Of a stretch of 64,000 bases of DNA, positions 9,511-20,351 are shown in pieces. Position 1 is the first letter of the stretch; each line of letters begins with the position of its first letter. A program made the translations under genes and the position numbers. The stretch is taken from NCBI GenBank assembly GCA_963708025.1, contig CAVPSB010000029.1, forward strand, positions 64,001 to 128,000, given 5' to 3'. The notes beneath the pieces were generated by a model that ran no database searches, was not told the origin of the DNA, and saw nothing but the letters and a program-made list of their open reading frames with translations. The DNA comes from an uncultured Candidatus Rokubacteria bacterium (GTDB taxonomy: Bacteria > Methylomirabilota > Methylomirabilia > Rokubacteriales > DASRDR01).

Positions 9511-9675
9511 CTAGCTCTTTTTCGACGTCTGCGCCATGAAGCCGCCCAGCTGCGGCATGACCTTCGTGCCCTTGCACTTCGGGCACTTCACGTTCCCCTT
9601 CTCCCGCTCGGCGATGGTCATGATGAGCTCGAAGGGTTTCCTACACGTCTCGCACATGAACTCATAGCGTGGCAT
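9511..9675 (-). CDS. FmdB-family zinc-ribbon protein
   Basis: Manual translation: MPRYEFMCETCRKPFELIMTIAEREKGNVKCPKCKGTKVMPQLGGFMAQTSKKS*; GAGGAG RBS. Confidence 0.9.
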   Translation of the reverse strand: MPRYEFMCETCRKPFELIMTIAEREKGNVKCPKCKGTKVMPQLGGFMAQTSKKS

Positions 9676-9738
9676 GGTTGACTCCTCGTTCTTGTCTGGC
9701 GCCCATGCCGTCCCAACACACGATTCCGGGCCCAGCCC

Positions 9739-10563
9739 TCAGGCTACAAACGGCGGGATGGGCGGAACCTCGAGAAGCTGTTCCTTCACGTCGATGACGC
9801 CAGGGACGGCTCGCGCCACCTCAGTCGCCTTCTCCAGGGCGGCCGTGCCCTCGAGCCGGATGACGCCCTGCTCGGCCTCCACAGTGATCCGGTACTTGCG
9901 TGTCTCCGGGTGCGCCGCCAGGGCGGCCCGCACCCGAGACGCCAGCGCCCGATCGCGCACGGCCTGGCGCGACGCCTCCGTCGCAGTCAACTCCGGCTGG
10001 TGCAAGAGCCCGATAATGAGGCCAACTCCCGCTTCGAACGAGAGCTTCTCGGTGGTGATCACGAGATCGTACAGCGCCGGATCGCTCCAATTCACGTCGA
10101 AGAGGTACCGCATCCGACCGGACTTCTCCCGGTCGGTCCGCCGCACGAACTCGGCCGCCGCCCGGGCGTCCACGCTCTCCCCCTCGTCCGCCATCTTCTT
10201 CATCACCCGTCGAACCCGCAGGTCGAAGGGTCCCCGCACGAACACGCGCAATACGTGCGCGATCCCCTGGAGGAGCACCTGTCCGCTCCGGCCCATGATC
10301 ACGGCGTTGTCCTGCTCCGCCACATCCAGCACGGCCGACTGGAGAACCGTGATGTAGTGACGCGTCTCCACGTCGAACCGCTCGAGGAATGAGGGCTTCG
10401 TCTCGTCGAGTTGCGCCAGCCTTCCCTCGAGGCACCCGTACCGTAGCGCCGCGTGCGAGATCATGTCCTGGTCCACGTACCGATATTCCAACCGCTCGGC
10501 CAGTGCCATGCCGATCACGGACCCGCCCGCGCCCATTTCGTGGGAGATCGTCACAATGGCCAC
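9739..10563 (-). CDS. Cytidylate kinase-like protein with a C-terminal BON domain
   Basis: IVTISHEMGAGG, VIMGR and YDLVI motifs; DRALASRVRAAL...ITVEAEQGVIRLEG...VPGVIDV (BON). Confidence 0.85.
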   Translation of the reverse strand: MAIVTISHEMGAGGSVIGMALAERLEYRYVDQDMISHAALRYGCLEGRLAQLDETKPSFLERFDVETRHYITVLQSAVLDVAEQDNAVIMGRSGQVLLQGIAHVLRVFVRGPFDLRVRRVMKKMADEGESVDARAAAEFVRRTDREKSGRMRYLFDVNWSDPALYDLVITTEKLSFEAGVGLIIGLLHQPELTATEASRQAVRDRALASRVRAALAAHPETRKYRITVEAEQGVIRLEGTAALEKATEVARAVPGVIDVKEQLLEVPPIPPFVA

Positions 10564-10569
10564 ACCACA

Positions 10570-11316
10570 CCTCCGATCCAGGCGGAGCGCCGCGAGTCTC
10601 GCCCCGGCGTGAAGGATCCCCGGCGGGGTGCCGCCCCGAAGCTTGCCCGCCGACGGTCACCCGTGCCCCCAAGACTCTGAGCGCCCTTCGACTCCCGCTC
10701 GGCCGGGCTCGGTGGTGGACCACGACGCGCCCGGCTCGCCCCCTTCTTCGCGGCCGAGTCCACCGGCGGCCTCGCGATCTTCGGTCCAGGGCCCGCGCCA
10801 TCCCCCCAGCGTGAAGCTGTGCAGCCACCCAAGGGGCGGCCCTCGAGATCCTCAGGCGGCCCCAGCGTGCGTGCCTCCGAGACAGCGGAGTGCGTCACCG
10901 CCATCGGTGCAGTTCTCCGCCGACGGCGTTGCACTCATGCCGACCAACGTGCCCCCTCTCGAGGTGGCATGCCCCACCACTGTATCTTGCGGCCGTACAG
11001 GGAGGACACGCCTCTAGAAGTCCCACGGCCTCATAGTCGTCACCGAGCGGCGAACATCCCCTGCGGCTTCTGAGGCTGACCTCAGTTCGGGACCTCCGCC
11101 CCCCCCCCCTTCGACGGCCTTCGGCCTGTGGCCGGGGGGAGGGGGGAGCCGGAGGACCCCATTCCTTCACACGCTCTCGGTCTGTTCCGGCTCGGTGGAG
11201 AGACATACGCCCTCGCCAGCCATCTCAGTGGCTGAACGAGGGCGTCAGTAGGTTGTCCGGTGACCCGATCCAGGGGCATCGCTGCCTCCCCCGAGGGTCG
11301 GACGGTCACGGTTGTG
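10570..11316 (-). ncRNA. Candidate long structured leader or ncRNA (~750 nt)
   Basis: No credible ORF; many hairpins, with G-U pairs that form only on the minus strand; sigma70-like promoter upstream. Confidence 0.4.
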
Positions 11317-11322
11317 AGGAAG

Positions 11323-11351
11323 ACGCTACTGCGTTACGCAAAGCACGTCAA
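11323..11351 (-). promoter_or_regulatory. Sigma70-like promoter TTGACG-17 bp-TAGCGT
   Basis: Minus strand reads TTGACG TGCTTTGCGTAACGCAG TAGCGT. Confidence 0.55.
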
Positions 11352-11527
11352 GCCCTTTGCTGTCGCCGGGCTGAACCATTCCTCCTTTACACGGAATCGC
11401 CGTACGTTCCCCACACCCCGCAGGAATATTGTCTGACACTGCCTACGTCGGCGGGCCTGGCGCCATGAAGGATCTTGTCCAAGAGACCGACGCGGGCCGC
11501 CGCCCGCCGAAGGCTCAGGCGGCCGGT

Positions 11528-12583
11528 CTAGGCGTGGTGATGAGGATGGCCGCGCTCGTAGTGGGCGCGGAGGAGATCGAGGCCGAAGTCGCGCTTCGGG
11601 TCGTGCCAGACCGAGTGGATGTGGTTCGCGTTGTTCTGGGTATTGTCGTACTCGATCAGCAGGGTCGGCCCGTGCAGCCGATAGTAGTGGGCCCGGCCCG
11701 GCTCGATCGGCCCCGCCCACGCGAAGTGGATCCGCTCGAGTCCGGCCTCGCGCATCCGCCGCAGCTCCTGCTCGGCCAGCTCGCCACGCATGTTGCGCGC
11801 GTACTCCTCGATGAGCTTCGCGGCCAGGCCGCGCTGGTCACCGGTCATGTCCGCCAGGGCCAGCCCCGCGGGCGCGGCCAGGCTGTCGGAGCGGCCCGGG
11901 CCGGTCACGATGTCGCCGAGGGACTGCGCGGCGATGACGGTGCGGGCGCGCTGGGCGTCGGTCAGGCTCCGGGCGAGGGCGCGCCCCAGATCCTGCTCGG
12001 CGGCGAGCGCGCGCAGCCCCTGCCGCGGGCCCGACGGCACCTCGGCGGGATTCGCGCCCATGAAGGCCGGGGTCACCGCCACCGGCTGGCCGGGGACGAG
12101 GGTGAAGTTGAGCGAGAGATGGTGGCCCTCGGCGCGCCAGCCCCAGGGGGCGGCGGCGCCCGGGTTGCCGAAGACAGTGAAGGCGTAGTTCTCGGGATCG
12201 CGCGAGAGCCCGAAGGTCTCGATCCGGCGCAGCACCTCTTCGAGCTGGATGACGTTCACCGCCTTGCCGTAGCCCGCGGCGCTGAGGCTCGCCTTCATCA
12301 GCTCGTGCGCCGCGGCCCGCGCGGGCGCCGGCATCGCCTTGAAGGGCACGCCTTCACGGCCGCGCGGGACGTAGTGCCAGTTGAGCCGTTCCTTGTCGCC
12401 GAAGGCGAACACGGCGCGCTTCCGCGCCTCGGCGGGGAGCGCGCCCAGGAAGGTTAGCGCGGCGGCCGCCATGGCCGCCGGCGCCGCGTCGCTGGCCTGG
12501 GCGAGCGCCGGACGCGGGAGCGCGCCGGCGGCTGCGCTCGCCGCCAGCCCGTGCAGCAGCCGGCGGCGGCTGAGGTGAGCCAT
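11528..12583 (-). CDS. DUF3500 domain protein with a Tat signal
   Basis: SRRRLL Tat motif; WGWRAEGHHLSLNFT, YYRLHGPTLLIEYDN and NHIHSVWHDP motifs. Confidence 0.88.
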   Translation of the reverse strand: MAHLSRRRLLHGLAASAAAGALPRPALAQASDAAPAAMAAAALTFLGALPAEARKRAVFAFGDKERLNWHYVPRGREGVPFKAMPAPARAAAHELMKASLSAAGYGKAVNVIQLEEVLRRIETFGLSRDPENYAFTVFGNPGAAAPWGWRAEGHHLSLNFTLVPGQPVAVTPAFMGANPAEVPSGPRQGLRALAAEQDLGRALARSLTDAQRARTVIAAQSLGDIVTGPGRSDSLAAPAGLALADMTGDQRGLAAKLIEEYARNMRGELAEQELRRMREAGLERIHFAWAGPIEPGRAHYYRLHGPTLLIEYDNTQNNANHIHSVWHDPKRDFGLDLLRAHYERGHPHHHA

Positions 12584-12586
12584 GGG

Positions 12587-13240
12587 CTAGGAGTACTTGA
12601 CCGTGCAGCCGTACGCGCGGGTGACCGGCGTCTTCACCGCCTGGCCGGACGCCACCGCCTCGAGCGCGGCGCGCACGTAGTTGTTCGCGCCCTGCACGTC
12701 GGCGCGCCGCGAAGTCGGCCGGTCGTCGATGGCGCCGGCGTAGACGAGCGTGCCAGCCTTGTCCACCACGTACATGTGCGGGGTATTGGTCGCGCCGTAG
12801 AGCTTACCGGCCGCGCCCTTGGTGTCCAGCAGCACCGCGGTGGGCGCCGCCTTGCGCGAGGTGGTCAGCTCGTCGGCCTGAGCCGGCGTGACGTAGCCCT
12901 GCGTTCCCGGCACCGAGGAGATCACGGTGAGCCACACCACGCCCTGCCCGGTGGCCTCGCGCTGCAGGCCCTGCATGTTGCCGGACTCGTAGTGCTTCCG
13001 GACGTAGGGGCAGTCGTGATTGGTCCACTCCAGCACGACCACTTTCCCCTTCTGCGCGGCGAGACTCATGGGCGAGCCGTTGGTGGCGCTGACCGTGAAG
13101 TCCGGAGCAGGCTGGCCGACCTTCGCGGTCGAGGCCCACGCCGGCAGCGTGGCGGCGAGGGAGGAAGCGGCGCCGGCCACGACGAGGCCGGTACCGGTGC
13201 GGGCCAGGAAGCGGCGACGGCTCAGCAGTTCAGGCGTCAT
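12587..13240 (-). CDS. Tat-exported thioredoxin-like/AhpC-TSA redoxin
   Basis: SRRRFL; APDFT; VVLEWTNHDCPYVRKHY; YAGAIDD; C-terminal YGCTVKY; start overlaps the DsbD stop. Confidence 0.88.
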   Translation of the reverse strand: MTPELLSRRRFLARTGTGLVVAGAASSLAATLPAWASTAKVGQPAPDFTVSATNGSPMSLAAQKGKVVVLEWTNHDCPYVRKHYESGNMQGLQREATGQGVVWLTVISSVPGTQGYVTPAQADELTTSRKAAPTAVLLDTKGAAGKLYGATNTPHMYVVDKAGTLVYAGAIDDRPTSRRADVQGANNYVRAALEAVASGQAVKTPVTRAYGCTVKYS

Positions 13241-15375
13241 AGCGTCTCCTTGTCGATAGCTTCGATGATGGTGCCTTCGCTCAGGATCTGCGGGAGCACC
13301 CGGGGCTCCGGCGCGGCCGTCTGGCCGGACCGGGCGGGATAGACGACGTAGAGCGGAACACCGCTGCGGCCGAAGGAGCCGAGCACCGAGGCGATCTCGG
13401 CGCTGCGGCTGGTCCAGTCGGCCTTGAGGTAGACCACGCCCTGGCGGGCGAAGGCCTCGGCCACCGCGGGCGAGCGGAGCGCCACGCGCTCGTTCACCAG
13501 GCAGGTGATGCACCAGGCCGCGGTGAAGTTCACGAAGACCGGCTTTCCCTGCGCGCGCAGCTCGGCCAGCCGCTTCGGGGAGAAGGGCTCCCACCGGACG
13601 CCCTCGGCGAGGCCGCCGGTGGACGCCGCCGGCGGGCTCGCCGCGGCGAACGGCGCCAGCGCGATGGCCACCGCGACACTGCCGAGCGCGATGCCGGTGG
13701 CGGCGCGGCGCCAGCGCGGCGCGGCGGCGCGCCCGGCGTGATGCACCCACGCGGCGAAGCCGATCAGCAGCAGGCCCACCAGCACGAGCGCCACGCCGTC
13801 CGGGCCGGTCTGGCGGCTCACCACCCAGACCAGCCACGCCACCGAGGCGTAGAGCGGGAAGGCGAGGGCCTGCGCGATCCGCGCCATCCAGGGTCCCGGC
13901 CGGGGCAGGAGCCGGCGCCACGCCGGCACCAGGCTCAGCGCGAGGAAGGGCAGGGCCAGGCCGAGGCCGAGCGCCTCGAAGACGGCGAGCGCGGCGGCCG
14001 GCGGCTGGGTGAGCGCGTAGCCCACCGCCACCCCCATGAATGGCGCGGTGCAGGGGGTGGCGGCCACGGTGGCGAGCGCGCCGGTGAAGAAGGAGCCCGC
14101 GTAGCCGGGACGGGTCGCGAGGCCCTGGCCCATGCCCGTGAAGCGGCCGCCGATGACTACGAGGCCGGAGAGGCTGAGCGCCAGGGTGAAGAGCACGTAC
14201 GCCAGCACGGTGACGACCAGCGGGGACTGGAGCTGGAAGCCCCAGCCGATCTGGGCGCCGCCAGCGCGGAGCGCGAGCAGCGCGCCCGCCACCACGGCAA
14301 AGGACGCCAGCACGCCCGCGGTGTAGGCGAGCCCGTGCCGGCGCACGACGGATGCCCTCGCCTCGGCGTGTCCGACGAGCGCCAAGGCCTTCAGGGACAG
14401 CACCGGGAGCACGCATGGCATGAGGTTCAGGATGAGGCCGCCGGCCAGGGCCAGCCCCATCGCGGCCAGGAGCGACAGCGACGGCCCCGCCCCGGAGCTC
14501 CCGCCGGCCACCGCCGTGATGGCGAAGGCCTGGCTCACCGGGCCCTGGTCGAGCTTCTCCCGGATCACCAGCACACCGTCCAGGTCCGCGGCGGCGCCAT
14601 CGGGCAGGAGCCCGCGCGCTGCGCGCAGCGTGATCCCGTTCCTGCCGATGGTGACCTCCTGGGGCGCCGCGTGGTCGATCACGCCCCAGCGGCCCGGGAA
14701 GAACCAGACCTCGGCGATGCGGTCGGCGACGAGCCCGGGGGCGGCCACCTCGATGCTCACGGTCTCGGCGGTCGCGTGAAGAGCGGCGGGCCAGGGGCTC
14801 GGCGCCGGGACCGCGCGCCGCGCCCGTTGGATCAGGGGCGCTCCCGTCGCGTCCGGGGCGGGCTTGCCGGCGATCACCGGAAGCGTCAGCGCCACGTCCG
14901 CCTCTTCCGGGATGCAGATCTTCTCGCAGACCAGCCACGCGACGTGCGCGCGCAGGGCGGTCGGCGTGCCCGGCGCGAGCGCGGCGGGCGCGGTCAGCCG
15001 CGTGAGCAGCACGACCTCGTCAGCGTAGCCGTAGCTCATCAGCGGCGCGACCGGCACGCGCTCGGGCTGCGGGAAGACGAGCGGGCTGGCTTGCCAGCCC
15101 GCGGGCAGCGCCCAGTCCACGGTGGGCGGCTCGCCGGAGTCGCCCGGATTGGTCCAGTAGGTGTGCCAGCCGGGCGCGATGCGCTGCCGGAGCCCCACCC
15201 AGAAAGACGAGCCGGGCTCGATGGACGCGGCCTCGCTGAGCAGGGTGACGGAGACCTTGGGCGGACCGGGAGGCGCGGGGTTCTTGACGGTTGGCGTGCG
15301 CGCCGGCTGGGCGGCCAGCCCGGATCCGGCCAGCATGCCCACGATGAGCGCGGCGACGAGGAGCCGGATCGCCAT
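13237..15375 (-). CDS. dsbD: DsbD/ScsB-like protein-disulfide reductase (N-domain + CcdA + thioredoxin)
   Basis: GWHTYWTNPGDSG, CEKIC, LNLMPCVLPVLSLK, ATPCTAPFMG and TAAWCITC motifs. Confidence 0.9.
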   Translation of the reverse strand: MAIRLLVAALIVGMLAGSGLAAQPARTPTVKNPAPPGPPKVSVTLLSEAASIEPGSSFWVGLRQRIAPGWHTYWTNPGDSGEPPTVDWALPAGWQASPLVFPQPERVPVAPLMSYGYADEVVLLTRLTAPAALAPGTPTALRAHVAWLVCEKICIPEEADVALTLPVIAGKPAPDATGAPLIQRARRAVPAPSPWPAALHATAETVSIEVAAPGLVADRIAEVWFFPGRWGVIDHAAPQEVTIGRNGITLRAARGLLPDGAAADLDGVLVIREKLDQGPVSQAFAITAVAGGSSGAGPSLSLLAAMGLALAGGLILNLMPCVLPVLSLKALALVGHAEARASVVRRHGLAYTAGVLASFAVVAGALLALRAGGAQIGWGFQLQSPLVVTVLAYVLFTLALSLSGLVVIGGRFTGMGQGLATRPGYAGSFFTGALATVAATPCTAPFMGVAVGYALTQPPAAALAVFEALGLGLALPFLALSLVPAWRRLLPRPGPWMARIAQALAFPLYASVAWLVWVVSRQTGPDGVALVLVGLLLIGFAAWVHHAGRAAAPRWRRAATGIALGSVAVAIALAPFAAASPPAASTGGLAEGVRWEPFSPKRLAELRAQGKPVFVNFTAAWCITCLVNERVALRSPAVAEAFARQGVVYLKADWTSRSAEIASVLGSFGRSGVPLYVVYPARSGQTAAPEPRVLPQILSEGTIIEAIDKETL

Positions 15376-15386
15376 CGTGACCGAAC

Positions 15387-15485
15387 CTAGGGGCGCGGCT
15401 TCACCTTCTCGAAGAGCGGCAGGTACTGGCCGTACCCTTCCTCCTCGAGCTTGGCGACGGGGATGAACCGCAGCGCCGCCGAGTT
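15387..15485 (-). pseudogene. msrB: C-terminal remnant of methionine sulfoxide reductase B
   Basis: NSAALRFIPVAKLEEEGYGQYLPLFEKVKPRP*, the tail that follows RYC(I/M) in MsrB/MsrAB. Confidence 0.75.
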
Positions 15486-15492
15486 GAAAGGC

Positions 15493-17829
15493 TCACACCT
15501 TCAGCTGATCGCGGATGGGCAGACGCCGGATCCGCTTGCCCGTCGCCGCGAAGATCGCGTTGCACAGGGCCGGCGGGATCGGCGGCACGCCGGGCTCGCC
15601 CACGCCGCCGAGGGGCCGGTCGAAGTCCCCGGGGATGAGGTGCACCCGGATCTCGCGGGGGGCGTCGGCCAGGCGGGTGACCCCGTAGTCGTGGAAGTTG
15701 CTCTGCTCCACCCGGCCCGCCTTGAAGCTGATCTCGCCCAGCGTCGCGACGCCGACACCCATCACGCACGCGCCCTCCATCTGCGCGCGCACTCGCTCCG
15801 GGTTGATGGCGGCGCCACAGTCCACCGCGATGTCCACTCGCGGGATCGTCAGCTCACCCTTGTCGTTGACCGCGACCTCCACGACCGCCGCCACGTAGGT
15901 CACGAAGCTGTAATGCGCGGCGATGCCCAGTCCACGGCCCTTGGGCAGCGTCCGGCCCCAGCGCGCCTCGCGCGCCGCCGTTTGCACGACGCGCCGCAGG
16001 CGGCCGGTGTCCACGGGATAGCGCTCGGGCGACTCGTCGTGGTTCCAGGCATCGGACAGGCTCTGTGGCGTCATCCAGCGGGCCGGGCCGATCACGTCCA
16101 GCAGGAAGTCCTTCGGGTCACGACCCGCCGCCGCGGCCAGCTCGGCGACGAAGGACTGGACCGCGAACGCATGGGGGATGTTCGAGACCGATCGGAACCA
16201 GCCGATGCGCGTGTGGGCGGTGGCCTCCGGGTTCTCGATGCGGACGTTGGGAATCGCGAACGGGACGTTGATGACCCCCATGCCGAGCTCGAACGCATCC
16301 TCCTGCTTCGCGTCGGCCTCGAACGTTGACTTGATCGTCGGCGCGACGCTGCGGTGCAGCCAGGCCACCGGCTTGCCGCTGGCATCGACGCCGGCCTCCA
16401 GGTGCTCGACCGACACCGTGTGGAAGTAGGAATGGTGCAGGTCGTCCTCGCGCGTCCAGGTCACCTTGACCGGCTTGCCGTTGACCGCCTTGGACAGGAC
16501 GGCCGCCTCGATGGCGAAATCGGGCTTGGACTTGCGTCCGAAGCCGCCGCCCAGCAGCGTGACGTGCACGGTCACGTCGGCCGCCGACATGCCCAGCCGC
16601 TTCGCCACCAGGTCCCGGGCAGCCTGGGGAGACTGGAAGCAGCCCCACACCTCGCACTTGCCCTGCACGATCCGGACGGTCGCGGCGGGCGGCTCCATGG
16701 TCGCGTGGGCCAGGTGCGGGGCGTAGTACTCGGCCTGGAGGCGGCGCGCGGCGCCGGCCATGCCCGAGTCGACGTCGCCATCGTTGCGCACGACCTTCCC
16801 GGGCTTGCGCGCGGCTTCCTCGAGCGTCGCCTTGAAGGCCACCGAGTCGTACCCCGCGTTCGGGCCGTCGTCCCACGCGATCTTCAGCGCCTTGAGACCC
16901 TGCATGGCCGCCCAGGTGTTGCTCGCGATGACTCCGACGCCGCCCAGCGGATTGAACTCGGCGGGCGGCGCGCTGCCCTCGATCTCCACCACCTTCACCA
17001 CGCCCGGAACCTTGAGCGCCTCGGCCGCGTCGTAGCTCGCCACCTTGCCGCGATACACCGGCGGACGGGCCACGACCGCGTAGAGCATGCCGTCCAGTCG
17101 CGTGTCGATGCCGTACTGCGCCTTGCCGGTGACGATGTCGCGGCCGTCGACCAGCTTCAGCTCACCCTTGCCGATGTAGCGGAACTGCGCCGGATCCTTG
17201 AGGCGCAGTGTCTCCCGCGCCGGGACGGGCAGGCTGGCCGCGGCCTTGGCGAGCGATCCGTACCCGGCGCGCCGGCCCGTCGGGCGATGCACGACCTCGT
17301 GGTTCTTCGCCTCCACTTCCTTCACGGGGACGTTCCAGCGCGCGGCGGCGGCCGCTTCGAGCATGGTGCGGGCCGCGGCGCCGCAGCGGCGCATGGGGTC
17401 GAAGAAATGCCGCGTGCTGCGCGAGCCATCGGTGTCCTGGTTGCCGAAGCGCTGCTCGTCACCGGGCGCCTGCGCGACGCGCACGCGCTTCCAGTCGGCT
17501 TCGAGCTCGTCGGCCACGATCATCGGCATGCCGGTCCGCACGCCCTGTCCCATCTCGGAACGGTGGCACACGATGGTCACGGTGCCGTCCTCGGCGATGG
17601 CGACGAACGCGAGCGGATCGTCGACCCAGCCGTGCGGCATGCCGTCGGCCCCGTACTTGGGCGGCTCGGCACCGCGCAGGCGGGCCGGATATCCGAGTGC
17701 CAGCACCAGTCCACCGAGTGCGGACACTCCCTGGAGGAACCGGCGCCGGCTCACGTTGGCGATCACCAGCGGCTCGTCGCGCAGCGCATCGGCCGTCGTG
17801 CGGGACATCGGACCGCGTGACCCGTTCAT
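15493..17829 (-). CDS. iorB: Isoquinoline 1-oxidoreductase beta-like molybdopterin subunit (Tat)
   Basis: [46 protein letters not shown] motifs. Confidence 0.9.
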   Translation of the reverse strand: MNGSRGPMSRTTADALRDEPLVIANVSRRRFLQGVSALGGLVLALGYPARLRGAEPPKYGADGMPHGWVDDPLAFVAIAEDGTVTIVCHRSEMGQGVRTGMPMIVADELEADWKRVRVAQAPGDEQRFGNQDTDGSRSTRHFFDPMRRCGAAARTMLEAAAAARWNVPVKEVEAKNHEVVHRPTGRRAGYGSLAKAAASLPVPARETLRLKDPAQFRYIGKGELKLVDGRDIVTGKAQYGIDTRLDGMLYAVVARPPVYRGKVASYDAAEALKVPGVVKVVEIEGSAPPAEFNPLGGVGVIASNTWAAMQGLKALKIAWDDGPNAGYDSVAFKATLEEAARKPGKVVRNDGDVDSGMAGAARRLQAEYYAPHLAHATMEPPAATVRIVQGKCEVWGCFQSPQAARDLVAKRLGMSAADVTVHVTLLGGGFGRKSKPDFAIEAAVLSKAVNGKPVKVTWTREDDLHHSYFHTVSVEHLEAGVDASGKPVAWLHRSVAPTIKSTFEADAKQEDAFELGMGVINVPFAIPNVRIENPEATAHTRIGWFRSVSNIPHAFAVQSFVAELAAAAGRDPKDFLLDVIGPARWMTPQSLSDAWNHDESPERYPVDTGRLRRVVQTAAREARWGRTLPKGRGLGIAAHYSFVTYVAAVVEVAVNDKGELTIPRVDIAVDCGAAINPERVRAQMEGACVMGVGVATLGEISFKAGRVEQSNFHDYGVTRLADAPREIRVHLIPGDFDRPLGGVGEPGVPPIPPALCNAIFAATGKRIRRLPIRDQLKV

Positions 17830-18294
17830 GGGTTCGCTCCTTGCCTGGCCGCCGCCTGCTTGACGGCGGCCCGAATGCGCCCGTACGTGCCACAGCGGCA
17901 GATGTTGCCGTTCATGGCCTGGTCGATGTCGGCATCGGTCGGCTTCGGCTTGCTCTTGAGCAGCGCCGTCGCCGACATGATCTGCCCGGCCTGGCAGTAG
18001 CCGCATTGCGGCACGCCGATCTCGATCCACGCCGTCTGCACCGCCTGGCCGACCTTGTCCGCGCCGATCGCCTCGATGGTCGTGATCTTCTTGTTCGCCA
18101 CCGCGGAAATCGGCGTCACACACGAGCGCATCGGCTGGCCGTTGACGTGCACGGTACAGGCGCCACACAGCGCCATCCCGCAGCCGAACTTGGTCCCGGT
18201 CAGCCCCAGGTGGTCACGTAGCGTCCACAACAAGCGGGGTATCCGGGGGCAGGTTGACGTCGTAGCGCCTGCCGTTGACGGTGACTGGGGTCAT
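17826..18294 (-). CDS. iorA: 2Fe-2S small subunit, IorA-like (one +1 frameshift near 18235)
   Basis: [20 protein letters not shown] / [28 protein letters not shown]...QCGYCQAG...NICRCG. Confidence 0.88.
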
Positions 18295-18436
18295 GGCGAT
18301 TCTCCTCTCATCACCTGGACGATCGAGGGCCACTTCGCGGGCGGGGCGGAGACTCTACAGGGGCGGGCACTCCTTGCCGTCCGGCTATCATGACCCGCGA
18401 GGCCTTGTCAAGCGGCGTGCTGGAAACGCCGGGTTT

Positions 18437-18952
18437 CTAGCCGGGGAAGCGCCAGAGGCGGCCGGCGGGGGGCTCGTCCGAGAGCCGGAACTGGGGCAGA
18501 AGGAAGTCGGGGGCGAGCGGCTGGAAGCAGACCGCGACGCGCGCGCCGATGGCGACGCGCTCCTCGGGCTCCGGCCGGAAGTCGGGCGTGACGAGGTTCG
18601 CCACCAGGCGGAGGCCCTCGTCGGGCGTCGGCGCGCCGCGCTGCTCGTCCAGCTCGACGACCACCACGGGGTAGGGCGCCCACTCGCGAAAGCCGGGCTG
18701 GATGGCCTGGACCACGATCTCGTAGCTGTAGATCGTGCCGCCCCCGGACACCGGCTGCCACGTCCACCGCAGCGAGCCGCACCAGGGGCAGCCGACGCCC
18801 GGCGGGTAGCGGAGGAGCCGGCAGTCCTCGCAGCGGCGGACGACCAGCCGGCCCGTCGCCGCGGCCTCGAAGTAGCCGCGCCACTCCGAGTCGGTCTCGG
18901 GGACGATCAGCGCCATCCCGCGATACTCGACCCGCGCGGGCAGCCCGGCCAT
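18437..18952 (-). CDS. DUF35 Zn-ribbon/OB-fold protein (ChsH2-like)
   Basis: RCEDC...YPP...CPWCG, GTIYSY and PYPVVVVELDE motifs; adjacent to a thiolase. Confidence 0.88.
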   Translation of the reverse strand: MAGLPARVEYRGMALIVPETDSEWRGYFEAAATGRLVVRRCEDCRLLRYPPGVGCPWCGSLRWTWQPVSGGGTIYSYEIVVQAIQPGFREWAPYPVVVVELDEQRGAPTPDEGLRLVANLVTPDFRPEPEERVAIGARVAVCFQPLAPDFLLPQFRLSDEPPAGRLWRFPG

Positions 18953-18956
18953 CGCG

Positions 18957-20169
18957 CTACCGCCTCAGGATCAGGGCGCTGCCCGTCGCCGGGGTCGCCC
19001 AGCCCATGTTCATGGAGATCTCGGCGTCCCGGACCTGGCGGCAGCCGCCCGGGCGGTGGTCGTAGGTGTGGACGCCCTTCGCGGCGTCCGGGCAGTAGTC
19101 GTCGGCCGCCCCCCGGAGCTGGCGGACGTTCTCGATCACCATGCTCATCCCGTGGGTGTACCCCTCGCAGAGGTGGCCGCCGCTGGTGTTGTTCGGGCGC
19201 GCGCCGCCCAGCTCGATGGCGCCGCTCGCCACGTAGGCCCCGCCCTCGCCCTTCGTGCAGAACCCGAACTCCTCGAGCTGCAGCATCGCGGTGAAGGTGA
19301 AGGCGTCGTAAGCGCCGGTCACGTCCACGTCGGCCGGCTCGATGCCGGCCCCGGGGAAGACCACCTCCCGGGTGTGGACGCCGGCTACCTGGGTGATCCG
19401 GCCGTTGTAGAGGTAGTCGGCGCGCGGCTTGGACACCCGGCCGGCGGCGGCCATGACGTGGATCGGCCGCGCCCGGCAGTCCCGGGCCCGCTCGGCCGAG
19501 GTCAGCACCAGCGCGGTGGCGTTGTCGGTCTCCACGCAGCAGTCCAGCAGGTGGAGCGGCTTGACGATCCAGCGCGAGGCGAGCACCTCGTCCACGGTCA
19601 CCGGCGTCTTGAGGAGCGCCTTCGGGTTGCACGCGGCGTGCTTGGAGTGGGCGACCTTGACGTGGGCGACCTGGGCCGAGGTCGTCCCGTACTCGTACAT
19701 GTGGCGCATGAATGTCGGGGCGAAGCGCTGGCCGGCGCTCATCATGCCGTAGGGCCGGTCGGCCAGCTCGAGGCCCCGGACCGGCGCCGCCGCCCGCGCC
19801 CCCGTCCCGCCGATCCGCACCTCGGTGTAGCCGTTCATGGCGCGGAAGAGCACGACGGCCCGGCAGAGACCGACCTCCATGAGCCCGAGGGCGTAGGCGA
19901 CCAGCCCCTCGGTGCTGCTGCCGCCCCCGATCACGTCGGCGAAGGTGTTGAGCCGGAGCCCGAGGTCGGCCGCCACCGCGGTCGAGGGCGTCGAGTCGTT
20001 GGAGTGGTACGAGAGCATCCCGTTCGACTTCGTCGGACCGCAGCCCGGCGTCGGCGAGCGCCTTCGACACGGCCTCCACCGCGAGCGCGCGGGTCGAGCG
20101 TCCGGAGGCGCGACTGTACTCGGTCTCGCCGACGCCCACGATGCAGTAGCGGTCGCGGATCCCGGCCAT
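18957..20169 (-). CDS. Thiolase-like/lipid-transfer (SCP-x type) protein (one frameshift near 20020)
   Basis: IVGVGETEYSR, HAACNPKA, LLDCCVETD, YDAFT and NTSGGHLCEGY motifs across two frames. Confidence 0.85.
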
Positions 20170-20234
20170 CCGGGTCATGGCGCCCTATCTTACACGGCGG
20201 GCGCGGTCGCCGGGACCGCATTCCCCGGCGAGGC

Positions 20235-20350
20235 GGGGCGAGCAGGTTGGCGCGAGCCGAGGGAGCGGCATCGCCGAAGGCCCAGGCGGTCGTTCCCCCG
20301 ACGTCGAAGACGAGCCCGCTGAGCAAGGGCCCCAGCGACGAGGTGGGGCT
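20235..20350 (-). repeat. Degenerate copy of the 3' end of the MFS gene
   Basis: Translates PTSSLGPLLSGLVFDV...AWAFG versus PTSSLGPVLGGLVFDV...AWAFG at about 21085-21205. Confidence 0.8.
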
Positions 20351-20351
20351 G

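Noticed and set aside
12587-14938. 783-aa ORF suggesting a long redoxin
   Set aside because: Only the last 217 aa are real; the rest overlaps dsbD in another frame.
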